Assembly: GCA_963791045.1 (NCBI GenBank)
Contig: CAWBQK010000009.1
Coordinates: 160,001-224,000 of the forward strand
Length of the DNA stretch: 64,000 nt
Direction: 5' to 3'
Source: Candidatus Latescibacterota bacterium
Lineage (GTDB): Bacteria > Krumholzibacteriota > Krumholzibacteriia > WVZY01
In this document: positions 51,226 to 61,757 of the stretch, piece after piece
How positions within the stretch are numbered: the first letter of the stretch is position 1
Layout of the letters: each line of letters starts with the position of its first letter
Notes under the pieces: model-generated
Told to the model about the DNA's origin: nothing
The model's input: only the letters and a program-made list of their open reading frames with translations
Databases searched by the model: none
Position numbers and translations under genes: made by a program

Positions 51226-52318
51226 TTACTGATCCTGTTCATCCCAAAGTCGGACCTTCATCCCGTCCCGGAGTTTTGGCAATCCGGCGACAACAACGGT
51301 CTCGCCGCCGTCCAACCCGTTCACAATCAAGATGTCATTTGTGCCCGACATGCGACCGATCGCCACAATTCGTTTGCTCACCGTCATATTCTCTTTATTG
51401 ACCACGAAGACAAATTCATCTCCGTTTTCGTCGCCCATCACGGCGATCGCCGGTATCGTGATCGTTTCCACCGCGATATCCTCTTCGATCGCTCTCACAA
51501 CCACCCTCACTTCGGCCGTCATCCCCGGAAGAAGATTGAACCCCTCCGGTTGCGGCATTGCGAATGTGACCCTGAAGGTCTGTGTTTCCGGATCGGCGCG
51601 ATTGGCCACTTCTTTCACCGTCAGGGGGAAATCCACACCGGGCGCCGCTTCGAATACGGCGAACGATTCGGCCACCGCTCCCCGGCGGATTCCCTTTATC
51701 AAGTTCTCGGATACGTTGATAATGATTTCCACACTTCGGACATCATTGACGTCGACGATCTCATCCTGGGCGCGAACATCCATATGATTCTCAACGTAGC
51801 GCCGGCCGACCTGCCCATCGAATGGTGCACGCAGATACGTGTACATGAGATTTTGCTTCGCTTCATCGAGCCGCGCCTGGGCCACGTCACGCTGAGCCCG
51901 TCGGAGCTCGAGGTCGGACAAAGGAACCGCGTTCTTTTCGTAGAGCTGCTGATATCGCCGGTGGTCCGACTCCGCCTTTGTAAAAAGAGCCAAGGCCTCG
52001 CTGGCGGCGATTTCGAAATCGATCGGATCGAGACGCCCGATGAGATCACCCGCTTTGACCGTTTGTCCCTCGTCAACTGGAAGTTCGATCAGGCGGCCCG
52101 ACACCCTGAACGAGAGAAGCGCTTTTTCCCCCGCCTCAACCGTGGCCGGGAAAATAAATTCACCCGATGCGATACCCCCGACTTTGATGGTTTTGACGGG
52201 GCGGATAACGGGCGCGACTCGCCGCCTCCTCCTTTTTGCCGCAACCGGCGGCCACAAGAATCATCACAACGACGGCCACCGCCTTCACCCAGGAAAGTGG
52301 TTTTGTCCAACTCCGCAT
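51226..52318 (-). CDS. RND membrane fusion protein (frameshift near 52220)
   Basis: Lipoprotein-type start ...AAGCGKK; LSFRVSGRL..LPV.EGQ.V..G, LRAPFDG, LLPGMTA. Confidence 0.9.
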
Positions 52319-52357
52319 TACCTGTCTCCTTTGCATTTTTGTGGGCTTATCCGCTCT

Positions 52358-54703
52358 TTAAGGCGCTTCGACTGCCGCCTGAATCCTCCGGACTAGTTCT
52401 TCTTTTTCTTCCTGTGTCCGCTCGTCTTCGAACCATGAAATTGCTCGCTGGAAATCAACGAGATCTATAAGAAATCTGTACACAGTTCTCGCGGCATTCT
52501 GCTCCGCGGTAAACGCATTGGTTTGCGCTTCCAGAAGATCGGTAACATTGACGATTCCCTGTGCATACTTTTCCCGGACTATATCAAGATTCTTGTTCGA
52601 ACTGCTCGCTTCCATCTTTGCGAATTTGATCGTTGGGAAGGAATTCTCGACATTCCGCGTCGCAGTGCGAGCACTTTTTTCGATGATTTCGCGTATGAAC
52701 TGTTCTTCGCGGTTCAGGCCCTCGAGAATCGAGCGTGACCGCCGCATGTCGTAGAGTCTTCCTCCGCCATTGAACAAGGGATACGAGGCGAATACCCGGA
52801 AGTTGAAATAATTCTGGTCAACTCCCTCGGGTATTCCCGGATTGTTGTGAATAAAATAGTCGTACTGTAAGGACGTCCCGAAGGCAGGGATAAAAAAGCT
52901 CCGCTTTCGCCGGGCAAGCTGGATTTCTTCGGACTCGGCCGCCTTGTCGATAAACATCAACTCGGGCGCGTTTTCAATCGCGAACTGGGCAACAAACTCC
53001 CTGAACCTGGCCAGTTTTCGCGCATCCTTGAATATCGGGTCGATGCGTCCGTCGAGAAAGAAAAATTCTTCCGGATCCACATCGACTTCCTGTGGCTGCC
53101 AGCTTTTACTCTGTTCGACTCCAAGAATCTGGTTGAAGGCGATCCGTTCAGCCTCGATATCCGCTTCGCTCTGAAAAAGGTTCTGGCGACGGCGGGCGAG
53201 TTCCGCTTCCCATCGATACACCTCATCCTGTCCCGAATAACCCACATCAAATCGAACTTTCGCCAATTCGAGATTGTCGCTCGTCAGGTTCACATTCGCC
53301 GCGACAATTTCATAAGACACTCTCGCCAGAACGTATCTCAAAAACGCGACTCCGGCATCGCCGAGGACATCGAGCCGAGCCGCCTCACGCTCGTACTCAG
53401 CGCTTTCGAACAGTCTCTTGGACGACCGGTAATCACTGACGAGACGATCGTCATAGATCATTTGAGTCAAGGACACACCCGCCCGGCCGCTGTTGGTCGG
53501 GAGAAGATCATCGAGAGGCCCCGCCTGGTACGCATTGTACGTCCCCGACGCGTCGATTTGCGGGAGAAGCGGGCTTCGGGCTAACTGTTTTTCCTGGTGG
53601 AACACGTCGACATTGGCGTCTTTTATAGTCAGGGCGGTGTTTCCCTTCTCCGCCTCACCCAGCGCCTGCTTGAAAGTCAATGGTGTTTCTTCGACCCGAA
53701 GGGCTTCCGGGTAAAGAAACTCCGCCCAGATTCGCTCTTCGAATGTCGGTGCATATCCCACAGCGACGGCCGTTCGACCGTTCACAAGCGGGCTTAATTC
53801 GATGGGAAGAAGAATCGGAAGATCGCCAACATCCCCGCCACGAATCAGGAGATTCAAATTGAGTGCGACGCGGCGAGCGACAATGCCATCGAGCTCCGGT
53901 ACCAGCGCGGCGAGGGCGCCTATTTCAACATCGGGATGACCAATGATGCTGAATGTCGGAATCCCCTTCGCTGTCAGTCCCTCGATAAGCTCCGCGCGTT
54001 TTGCGAGCGACAACCGTGGCGTGAACGCGAGAACAACCACATCTACACCGTCACCCACGTTCACCAACGTTCGCGAAATGTCGTCTGAAACGGGCAGCAG
54101 TTCGATGTCGAGCCCGAGACTATCCTCGAACTCATCCTGCCCCTTCGAGAAAACATGAAACTCTTCGGCGTACAAATCGTCGATCGCCACGTGACAGGTA
54201 TCAAACGGGATCATCTCTCGAAATGTCTCGATGTCCCGCACGAGACCCTGCGGGATATGTATCACGCTCAGATTCTTTTTGAACTTGCCATTGATTTCGT
54301 AAGGAGATTCTTCGAAATATCCGAAATGCTCCGGGATCGCGACGAGCACCGGCTTGGTCAATACCAGATCGCTGGCGCCCGCTTCCCGCGCGGCAATCAG
54401 GTTGACAACCATCACGTAGTCAACCTCGGGGTCGTTCAAAGCCGCCATAAGCGCCGGGCGAACACCGCTCATTTTCCAACCGGCATTGAACTCAGGAGCG
54501 CTCTTGAAATTCACCGTCGCGCCCGTGATCAATTTCAGTTCCGCCTCCACCTTGTCCCGAATAGCGCTCCCGCTCCCGGGCCCATCTGAGACGACTCCAA
54601 CAGTGATATCGCGGGCCGCCGCCTGATTCGGGGTTCCCGCAAAGAGGGTTGCCGCCACAAATAAGTGTATCAGGGCCGCCAGGGTCTTCCCCGTCGCTCG
54701 CAT
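52358..54703 (-). CDS. TolC family protein with an N-terminal substrate-binding-like domain
   Basis: C-terminal about 440 aa has outer-membrane efflux repeats (ARSPLLPQID, YAQGIVNVTDLLEAQ); about 330-aa N-terminal alpha/beta extension. Confidence 0.8.
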   Translation of the reverse strand: MRATGKTLAALIHLFVAATLFAGTPNQAAARDITVGVVSDGPGSGSAIRDKVEAELKLITGATVNFKSAPEFNAGWKMSGVRPALMAALNDPEVDYVMVVNLIAAREAGASDLVLTKPVLVAIPEHFGYFEESPYEINGKFKKNLSVIHIPQGLVRDIETFREMIPFDTCHVAIDDLYAEEFHVFSKGQDEFEDSLGLDIELLPVSDDISRTLVNVGDGVDVVVLAFTPRLSLAKRAELIEGLTAKGIPTFSIIGHPDVEIGALAALVPELDGIVARRVALNLNLLIRGGDVGDLPILLPIELSPLVNGRTAVAVGYAPTFEERIWAEFLYPEALRVEETPLTFKQALGEAEKGNTALTIKDANVDVFHQEKQLARSPLLPQIDASGTYNAYQAGPLDDLLPTNSGRAGVSLTQMIYDDRLVSDYRSSKRLFESAEYEREAARLDVLGDAGVAFLRYVLARVSYEIVAANVNLTSDNLELAKVRFDVGYSGQDEVYRWEAELARRRQNLFQSEADIEAERIAFNQILGVEQSKSWQPQEVDVDPEEFFFLDGRIDPIFKDARKLARFREFVAQFAIENAPELMFIDKAAESEEIQLARRKRSFFIPAFGTSLQYDYFIHNNPGIPEGVDQNYFNFRVFASYPLFNGGGRLYDMRRSRSILEGLNREEQFIREIIEKSARTATRNVENSFPTIKFAKMEASSSNKNLDIVREKYAQGIVNVTDLLEAQTNAFTAEQNAARTVYRFLIDLVDFQRAISWFEDERTQEEKEELVRRIQAAVEAP

Positions 54704-54922
54704 GGATTATCTCCTTGTCATACTTGTGTTCGTGTCGAGGGCGCGCCGAAGGTTCGAGTACACTGCGGCTCGTTGGCGCACTCAGGAACCGCCATTTTAG
54801 CACACGGGCACCCAATGCACCAGCCACACGCGGCGACGGCGAATCCCATGTCCTGAACCAGATAATCAACAATGAGTTACAGCGGAAATCAACCTGAATC
54901 TTCGCTACGGAGGGCGAAGACA

Positions 54923-54951
54923 TTGCAAAGGCCGCGGGGCGTGTGTAGAAT
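54923..54951 (+). promoter_or_regulatory. Sigma70-type promoter of speD-speE
   Basis: TTGCAA-N17-TAGAAT. Confidence 0.6.
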
Positions 54952-55002
54952 AGTCCATCCATCTGGAAAGACCTCTGGATCAAAGGACTCGACATAGTGG
55001 AC

Positions 55003-55933
55003 ATGCTTTTCGAAGGACCCGAAAAAAAACTCGAAATCACAACGGCGCCGGGGTATCCGTCTTTGCGATCGCTCGGCGGGGATTTCTGGCCGGCTATAGT
55101 CGAGCGAGCCCGCGCCAGCATACTGTCCACAATGTCAAACGACTCGTGCGACGCGTATTTGCTCTCCGAGTCTAGCCTCTTTGTGTGCGACCACCAGATG
55201 GTGATGATCACCTGCGGGAAAACAACCCTCGTCGAAGCCGCCGTGGCGCTTCTCGAGACGATTCCCATCGCCCAGATCGATTCACTCATATACGAGAGAA
55301 AGAACGAATACTTCCCCGACCAACAAATGACAACATTCGTGGAGGACGTTCGCGAATTCGAACGCCTTGCTCCGGGGATCTCTATCATATTTGGCAACAA
55401 GAATGCCGATCACATCGCGCTCTTTCATCTCGACCGGCACTTCGAACCGGCGCCCGATGACGCCACGTTGGAACTCTTGATGTACGACTTCGACCCCGAA
55501 ATCCGCGATCAGGTTCATAAGCTCTCAAGCGGCCGTCGATCCGATCGGCGACATAGGACTCGAAACATTCTTCGTAGACTATGATACGGACGAGCACCAG
55601 TTCAACCCGGCCGGGTACTCGTTCAACGCGATCGGGGGCAGAACGTACGCGACGCTCCACGTGACACCGCAGGAAGAGGGTTCCTACGTCAGTTTTGAAA
55701 CCAATCGCGTGTGCGACTCACTCGAAACCCGGATCATTGTGTCGCGGCTTCTCGATTTCTTCAAGCCGGCCCGCAGCGACCTTCTCCTCTTCCAGGGCAC
55801 CATCGAACTCGAGTCGATCAACAGCGGTTTTCGCGTCACGGCGTCCGATTCGCGCGAGCTCGCCTGCGGATATTCCGTAAAATACGCTCACATCGAAAAC
55901 TTCCCAACCACCCGGCAGAGCACGCCTCTCTAG
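55003..55933 (+). CDS. speD: S-adenosylmethionine decarboxylase, eukaryote-type (frameshift near 55530)
   Basis: [21 protein letters not shown] (self-cleavage site), [31 protein letters not shown]. Confidence 0.85.
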
Positions 55934-55970
55934 CAACACTCGTTCTGCTCAAACGGAGGGATCCCCGGAC

Positions 55971-56845
55971 ATGTCAAACCAGTCTACCGAAGACCACACC
56001 TGGATCGAGGAACGCTTCAAAGACTTCCTGGGGATGCGGTATCGCATCAAAAAGGTTCTCTTTTCGGGCACGAGTCCTTTCCAGAAGGTTGAAATCGTTG
56101 AGACGACGGGACACGGGAAGATGCTCCTCAATGACGGCCTGGTTATGATTTGCGAGCGGGACGAGGCGGTCTATCACGAAATGATCGTTCATGTTCCGCT
56201 CTTCGTTCACCCCGAGCCGCGGCGTGTCCTGGTGATCGGAGGCGGGGACGGCGGAACGGTCCGCGAAACACTAAGACACCGGACCATCGAACACTGCCGC
56301 CTGGTTGAAATCGATGAAATGGTGGTAAGCGCGTGCCGGGAGTTCATACCGCAAACTTCGTCTTGTCTCGACGATCCTCGGGTCGAAGTGACGATTGCCG
56401 ACGGTGTCGAGTTTGTCGCGACAACCGCCGAGAGGTATGACGTCGTCATTATCGATTCGACCGACCCGATCGGCCCGGCCAAACCCCTGTTCGGAACCGA
56501 GTTCTATACAAATGTGAAAAGGATTCTGACCAGCAAGGGGATCGTCGTGTCACAGGCCGAGAACCCATGGTACGAAGCGGACAACCAGCGTTCACTCGTT
56601 CAGAATCTCGACGGTGTGTTCGAGCATCTCAGCGTCTACAATTATTCCAATCTCACATATCCTGGTGGTTTGTGGTCGTTTGCCTTTCGTCAAAGGGGTT
56701 GAGGCCGGTATCTGATTTCAACCCTTCGCGAGTGACGGACGCGGGCATGAAGTTTTTGTATTACAACACCGGCATTCACCGGGGGGCGTTTGCCCTGCCT
56801 GAATTCATGCGAAAAAACCTTGAGGGATTGCTCGACGAGGTATAA
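55971..56845 (+). CDS. speE: Spermidine synthase (frameshift near 56685)
   Basis: DEAVYHEMIVH, VLVIGGGDGG, VEIDE, IIDSTDPIGP, YYNTGIH..AFALP. Confidence 0.92.
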
Positions 56846-56854
56846 GCGGGAGAT

Positions 56855-56891
56855 AAAGAGGACGCCCCCGAGGAACGGGAGCGCCCTCTTT
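56855..56891. terminator. Bidirectional terminator
   Basis: AAAGAGGACGCCCCCG...CGGGAGCGCCCTCTTT between convergent genes. Confidence 0.65.
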
Positions 56892-56901
56892 GAAAAGCAG
56901 T

Positions 56902-58206
56902 CTAGTCGTCCTTGCTCGATGCTGTCGTAATCGTCTCCAACCCGTGAGCATTCGGCCCCGTCTCCGATCTCCGAAGCAGCCACGCGAAGAAGAACCCGAG
57001 GAAACCCGAGATAGAGAAGATCCACATCCCAAGCGCATAGCCGCCGGGGTTGGTGACGGTTGCGCCGGAATAGTCATTGGCCCAGCCGATGAGCAGGTTG
57101 AACCCGGCAAGACCGATGTTCTGGATCATCGTCATGAGTCCATAAGCGGTGCCGAGTTTCTTCTCCTCCACGATATACGCCACCGAAGGCCACATGACGG
57201 CGGGAACCAGTGAAAACGCGATCCCCATCATCGCCATCGGGACAAGGAGCGGGATGTCCGTGTAGGCCATCATCAAATAGACCGGCACAAGGAGCACCGA
57301 TCCGAACATCATAAAGAGCGAACGTTTTGCCACGCGGTCAACGAGTAACCCGAAAAGCGGCGTGCAGATCATTGCGAATAGAGTCAAAAGACTCGAGAGA
57401 AAACCCGCGTACTCGCGCGTCGTCCCATGACCTTCCTGGAAAAACTTGATGGCAAACGTCTGGAACGGGAAGATCGCCGAGTAGAACGTCACGCACAGCA
57501 AGACGACAAGCCAGTACGACCGGCCCAGCATGAAAAGACCGGAGAAGGAGACCTTGTCGGTTTCCCCGGCGAGGCCCATCTGGTACTTCTTACTCGCCTG
57601 GTTTTCCATCACCCAGTAAACCAGCGGACCAACCACACAGAACGTCCCGAAAGCGACCGCTATAAGGAGCGGCCACTGCCAGTTCTCAAACGCTGGTTTG
57701 GCCCATGTTGGAGAGTTGAGCGCGAGAAAAGAACCGAGCCGCGCGATGGTGAGATTGATGCCGAAAGCGAATGAAAGCTCCTTGCCCTTGAACCATTTGG
57801 CAAGTGCCGTCGTCACGGCCACGATCAACGACTCCGCTCCGAGGCCGAAGAGGAGTCTTCCCGATATCATGACATTCAAGTTGCCCGATGAAGCGGTGAG
57901 CACGGCGCCGGCAAAACAGAGCACGCCAAAGACCATCGTGGCGCGTTTGACGCCTATGCGGTCGATGATGATTCCACCGATCAGCACCATAAAGATGTTT
58001 GGAATGCTGTAGATGGCATTCAGCATGCCGATGTTTTTGTCGGAGAAGCTGAGCTGCGTCTTGAGAAGATCCGCGATTGGGCTTATCGCGTCGTATACGT
58101 AGTAATTTCCGAACATCGCCAGACTGATGACGACGAGTACCGTCCATCGGTAATAAGTCGGCGGCGGCGGGAGAGGAATAGCCTGGGCGTCGTACGTCTG
58201 GTTCAT
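56902..58206 (-). CDS. MFS transporter, MFSD1-like
   Basis: About 12 TMs; FGNYYVYD, YSIPN....IGGIIIDRIG, GRLLFGLGAES, FYSAIFPF, LGTAYG....QN. Confidence 0.8.
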   Translation of the reverse strand: MNQTYDAQAIPLPPPPTYYRWTVLVVISLAMFGNYYVYDAISPIADLLKTQLSFSDKNIGMLNAIYSIPNIFMVLIGGIIIDRIGVKRATMVFGVLCFAGAVLTASSGNLNVMISGRLLFGLGAESLIVAVTTALAKWFKGKELSFAFGINLTIARLGSFLALNSPTWAKPAFENWQWPLLIAVAFGTFCVVGPLVYWVMENQASKKYQMGLAGETDKVSFSGLFMLGRSYWLVVLLCVTFYSAIFPFQTFAIKFFQEGHGTTREYAGFLSSLLTLFAMICTPLFGLLVDRVAKRSLFMMFGSVLLVPVYLMMAYTDIPLLVPMAMMGIAFSLVPAVMWPSVAYIVEEKKLGTAYGLMTMIQNIGLAGFNLLIGWANDYSGATVTNPGGYALGMWIFSISGFLGFFFAWLLRRSETGPNAHGLETITTASSKDD

Positions 58207-58329
58207 CAATCCGCTCCTTGGTTTTGCGAGCGTCCGAACAGAAAAAGTGGTTATTCGCGAACGGTACCATACTACCGAATTGTCGACAATGATTTACTCG
58301 AAGTCGTGAGGGGGGGGTATCGCGGCTAT

Positions 58330-59427
58330 TTAATTGCGGAACTCGATTGACTCGGCCCACAGCGGCTGTCCGTTCTGGCACATCGCGATCCAGTAGAAGT
58401 TGGAGCGGTAGTACTCTTCCGAATCGGCATAGATGAAATCAAAGGTCATTACATGAATTCCGTCGGGAAAGACCGTCGCTTCGAGCTCCTCGATAACACC
58501 GACTCCACATACACGGGGGTAGTAGAGTCCGTTGGTCGTGAGCTTGAGCGAGTCCGAAGTCGCCGTTTCGAAAACCATGTACAGCAGTTCGCCGCGGTTG
58601 ACCACCCGCGGGAACACCCAGTATGTCGTGCCGTACGCCATCGCGGGAGCCATGTTCGAGAGCCCCGACCAGTTGTCCAGTTCGTCGCCGGTCTTCATGG
58701 CAAAAAAGTAACCCGTCTGGTAGGAGAGACCATGGACAACAAAACTCTCCGTCTCGCCCGCCGGACTCGGGTTTGGCGTGACGGCGATACGGGTCATCGT
58801 ATCCCAATCCTCCCCCGTGCTGGTGGGGTCGGCGGAGTAGCGGATATCGTATCGCGCCGCGCGGCCCAGGTTGCCGTCATCCCCGGGCGCCGTCCATGTG
58901 AGTTCGAATGAGTAATCATCCACCGCCCTCGCGGCAAGGTCGTTGACCTCGCCGGGCGGGATGAGTTCACCCGCCGTCACTCCGGACGCGCAGTTGGATA
59001 GACCCGACCAGTTGGGAACCTCATCGGCGGTTTTTAAAGCAAAGAAATACTCGGTGCCGGAGAGCAATCCCAGAACGACGATCGTCTCGATCTGTCCACC
59101 CGGTTTGGGAGTGGGGAGAATACCAGGATCGATGGGTGTGGCCTGAGCCCAGTTGGAATCGGCGATCTCGGCAAGGGAGTAACGGATATCGTACTCGGCA
59201 GCGGTACCGTCGGCTCCGTCGTCGCCGGGCGATGTCCAAACGACGGCAATTGACTGCGGGGCGGGATAGTCAAGCCGGAGGTTATCGACAATTGCGGGTG
59301 GAACGGTATCGATCGGCGGATCGACAATCACACCGGGCGTGTTTGGATTTCCCTCGTCGTCACCGCAGCCGATGAACACGACGACTATGCACATCGCAAC
59401 CACAAATATCGCCCATTGCCCTCGCAT
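58330..59427 (-). CDS. Lipoprotein with two fibronectin type III repeats
   Basis: Lipobox FIGC; duplicated WT(S/A)PGDDG...YDIRYS...YFFA(L/M)KT.DE..NWSGLSN. Confidence 0.8.
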   Translation of the reverse strand: MRGQWAIFVVAMCIVVVFIGCGDDEGNPNTPGVIVDPPIDTVPPAIVDNLRLDYPAPQSIAVVWTSPGDDGADGTAAEYDIRYSLAEIADSNWAQATPIDPGILPTPKPGGQIETIVVLGLLSGTEYFFALKTADEVPNWSGLSNCASGVTAGELIPPGEVNDLAARAVDDYSFELTWTAPGDDGNLGRAARYDIRYSADPTSTGEDWDTMTRIAVTPNPSPAGETESFVVHGLSYQTGYFFAMKTGDELDNWSGLSNMAPAMAYGTTYWVFPRVVNRGELLYMVFETATSDSLKLTTNGLYYPRVCGVGVIEELEATVFPDGIHVMTFDFIYADSEEYYRSNFYWIAMCQNGQPLWAESIEFRN

Positions 59428-59493
59428 CTGCTGAAATCACCTCTGTATTCTATTATACACAATTCCCCCGTGCTTGCATATATTCCCGTCGCC

Positions 59494-59618
59494 GGTCGTC
59501 TGTTGCGGTCTTTCTCTGGCCCTCGCTCCGCTTCACTCGACTAACCGCCGGCTGCGCCGACGGTGGATTCTCGCTCGCTCCCGCGAAAGGGCCTTTCGAA
59601 AGACCGCATCGTACGACC
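59494..59618 (-). other. 125-nt intergenic hairpin element (ncRNA or palindromic DNA element)
   Basis: Stems GGTCGT/ACGACC, TGCGGTCTTTC/GAAAGACCGCA (11 bp), GGCCCT/AGGGCC, 9-bp apical stem, GA-rich internal loop on the minus strand. Confidence 0.55.
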
Positions 59619-59633
59619 CGCGCGGGTTGACAC

Positions 59634-59669
59634 GAAAAGCCCGAGAGGCTTGGGGCCTCCCGGGCTTTC
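59634..59669 (-). terminator. Rho-independent terminator of the S9 peptidase gene
   Basis: Minus strand AGCCCGGGAGGC-CCCAA-GCCTCTCGGGCT-TTT. Confidence 0.75.
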
Positions 59670-59693
59670 GAAGCTGTCGACAAGTCGCCAGGG

Positions 59694-61757
59694 TTATTCC
59701 GCGCCGTCGCGTTTTACCCAGCGATCGAGCCAGTCGATCACCGTGTCGTGCCAGAGGATGCTGTTGTGCGGCTGCAGCACCCAGTGGTTTTCGTCTGGGA
59801 AATACAGGAACTTGCTCGGTATCCCGCGCCGCTGCAGCGCCGTGAACGTTGACATTCCCTGCGTCTCGACTACGCGATAATCCAGGGCGCCGTGGATCAC
59901 GAGCATCGGTGTCTTCCAGTTCTGAACGAAGTTCACCGGATTGTGTTTCTCGTAACCTTCCGGGTTGTCCCAGGGGGTTCCCTGGTGATCCCACTCGGGA
60001 AACCACAACTCCTCCGTGTCGTAGTACGCGAGACGTTCATCGAGATTGCCGTCGTGGTTGATAAGACATTTGAAGCGGTCGGGCCAGTTGCCCGCGATCC
60101 AATTGATCATGTACCCGCCATATGACGCACCGAGCGCTCCCACGCGGGTCCCGTCCATCCACGGATACTTCTCGAGCGCGGCGGCGAGACCCTTTTGGAG
60201 GTCTTCGAGCGGTTTACCGCCCCAGTCGCCGCCAATCGCGTCGGAGAACGCCTGGCCGTAACCGACCGAACCGTGGAAGTCCACCATCACCGCGGCATAA
60301 CCCGCTCCCGTGTACGCCTGCGGATTCCAGCGATAATGGAAGTCGTTACCAAACGATCCCTGCGGACCGCCGTGGATCAAAAACGCCACGGGGTACTTCT
60401 TCGACGCGTCGAAATCGACCGGCTTCACGATATATCCGTAAACCGTTTCGTCGTTCCAGCCTTTGAATGTGAACTGTTCCGGTTCGCCCATTCGCGCCGC
60501 GGCGATCTTTTCAGCATTTATCGTCGTGACCGGCGTCATGCTCTTGCCGTTGGTTTTTATCGTATAGAGTTCCACGGGCGACTTGAGATGATCCATCCCG
60601 AAAAGGATGCGGTCACCGGCGAGCGACGGCGAACGAACGTTCCCCATTTCCAGGATCGTTTTGACTTCGCCCTTCTTGACATCAATTTCGTAGAGCGACA
60701 CCTGGCCGAGATTGGCCGCGGCCGTGTAAATCTTTTTCGCGTTCTTCGACCAGACGATATACCGCGGCGAGCGGTCCCAGTCCTCGGTCAACACGCGCGT
60801 CTCGCCGCCGGGCCACGAACGAAGAACGATGCGGAAGCGATCCGCCTCGTAACGCGGCTTCGCCATCGCCATGTACGCAAGCGTCTTGCCGTCGGGCGAA
60901 AAAACAGGGTTCGTGTCCCACGCTTCGTTCGCCTCGGTAAGACACTCGGGCGACCGCGAGCCGTCAATCGGGGCGAGATAAAGATCGAAGTCCGTTGACC
61001 ACGGTTCCTCGAGCCCAACATCACGCGCGCCAAAGACGACACCCGCCCCATCGGGCGTGAATGTGATTTCTTCCGGGCCGCCAAACGGTTTTGACGGACT
61101 GTCGGCGTCCATCCCTTTCATTATGTCAACGGCATCCCCACCCCCCGTCGGCATGACGAAGATGTGCGCGCGCCGGCCGTCTTTCCATGTGTCCCAGTGG
61201 CGAATGAACAACCGGTCAAAAATAACACCGGTCGTCTTGGCCTCTTCCCTCTCCTTGAGCCGCTTCGTGGTGCATTCGATATCCTCACAGTCGACGAACA
61301 CTTCCATGGTGAAAGCAATATGAGCGCCGTTGGGCGACATGACGAGGTTGCCCACATCGAGCGGCTGGTCGGTGACTTGCTGGGCCTCTCCACCGGCCAG
61401 CGAGATCCGCCAGATCTGCGACGACCCCGAACGTGTGGACAAAAAGTAGATGGACGTGCCGTCAGCCGACCAGCGGGGGTTGTAATCACCAGCCGGATCG
61501 GCGGTGAGACGCTTGAGTCCCTTACCGTCAACGCCGGTGAGCCAGATGTCCGTCCGGCCCTTGTTGGCGTCGAGGTCGGTCGACCGCAGCGTAAACACAA
61601 CCAATTTGCCATCGGGCGATACGTTCGGATCGCCGATCCGGTCCATCGCCAGCATATCGTGTATCGAGAACGGGTGGGTCTCCTGGGCTCCGGCAGGCAC
61701 GGCCCTCATCATCGTCGCCATCGCCAGCACCAACAGCCATAAAATTGATTTTTGCAT
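59694..61757 (-). CDS. Exported S9 family peptidase (DPP5/acylaminoacyl peptidase-like)
   Basis: Signal peptide, PD40 repeats, IHGGPQ, GASYGGY nucleophile, D(YRV) and ENHW triad residues. Confidence 0.92.
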   Translation of the reverse strand: MQKSILWLLVLAMATMMRAVPAGAQETHPFSIHDMLAMDRIGDPNVSPDGKLVVFTLRSTDLDANKGRTDIWLTGVDGKGLKRLTADPAGDYNPRWSADGTSIYFLSTRSGSSQIWRISLAGGEAQQVTDQPLDVGNLVMSPNGAHIAFTMEVFVDCEDIECTTKRLKEREEAKTTGVIFDRLFIRHWDTWKDGRRAHIFVMPTGGGDAVDIMKGMDADSPSKPFGGPEEITFTPDGAGVVFGARDVGLEEPWSTDFDLYLAPIDGSRSPECLTEANEAWDTNPVFSPDGKTLAYMAMAKPRYEADRFRIVLRSWPGGETRVLTEDWDRSPRYIVWSKNAKKIYTAAANLGQVSLYEIDVKKGEVKTILEMGNVRSPSLAGDRILFGMDHLKSPVELYTIKTNGKSMTPVTTINAEKIAAARMGEPEQFTFKGWNDETVYGYIVKPVDFDASKKYPVAFLIHGGPQGSFGNDFHYRWNPQAYTGAGYAAVMVDFHGSVGYGQAFSDAIGGDWGGKPLEDLQKGLAAALEKYPWMDGTRVGALGASYGGYMINWIAGNWPDRFKCLINHDGNLDERLAYYDTEELWFPEWDHQGTPWDNPEGYEKHNPVNFVQNWKTPMLVIHGALDYRVVETQGMSTFTALQRRGIPSKFLYFPDENHWVLQPHNSILWHDTVIDWLDRWVKRDGAE

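Noticed and set aside
54733-54785. GGTTCGAGT inside a hairpin, suggesting a tRNA or riboswitch
   Set aside because: No acceptor or anticodon arms and no aptamer consensus; likely a plain 5'-UTR hairpin of the tolC operon
58640-59260. Direct DNA repeats suggesting an array
   Set aside because: Explained by two in-frame FN3 domain copies; no CRISPR repeat-spacer periodicity seen anywhere in the window
59494-59618. Assignment as 6S or SRP RNA
   Set aside because: Shorter than typical 6S with a very short apical domain, and no SRP domain IV motif; kept as unassigned
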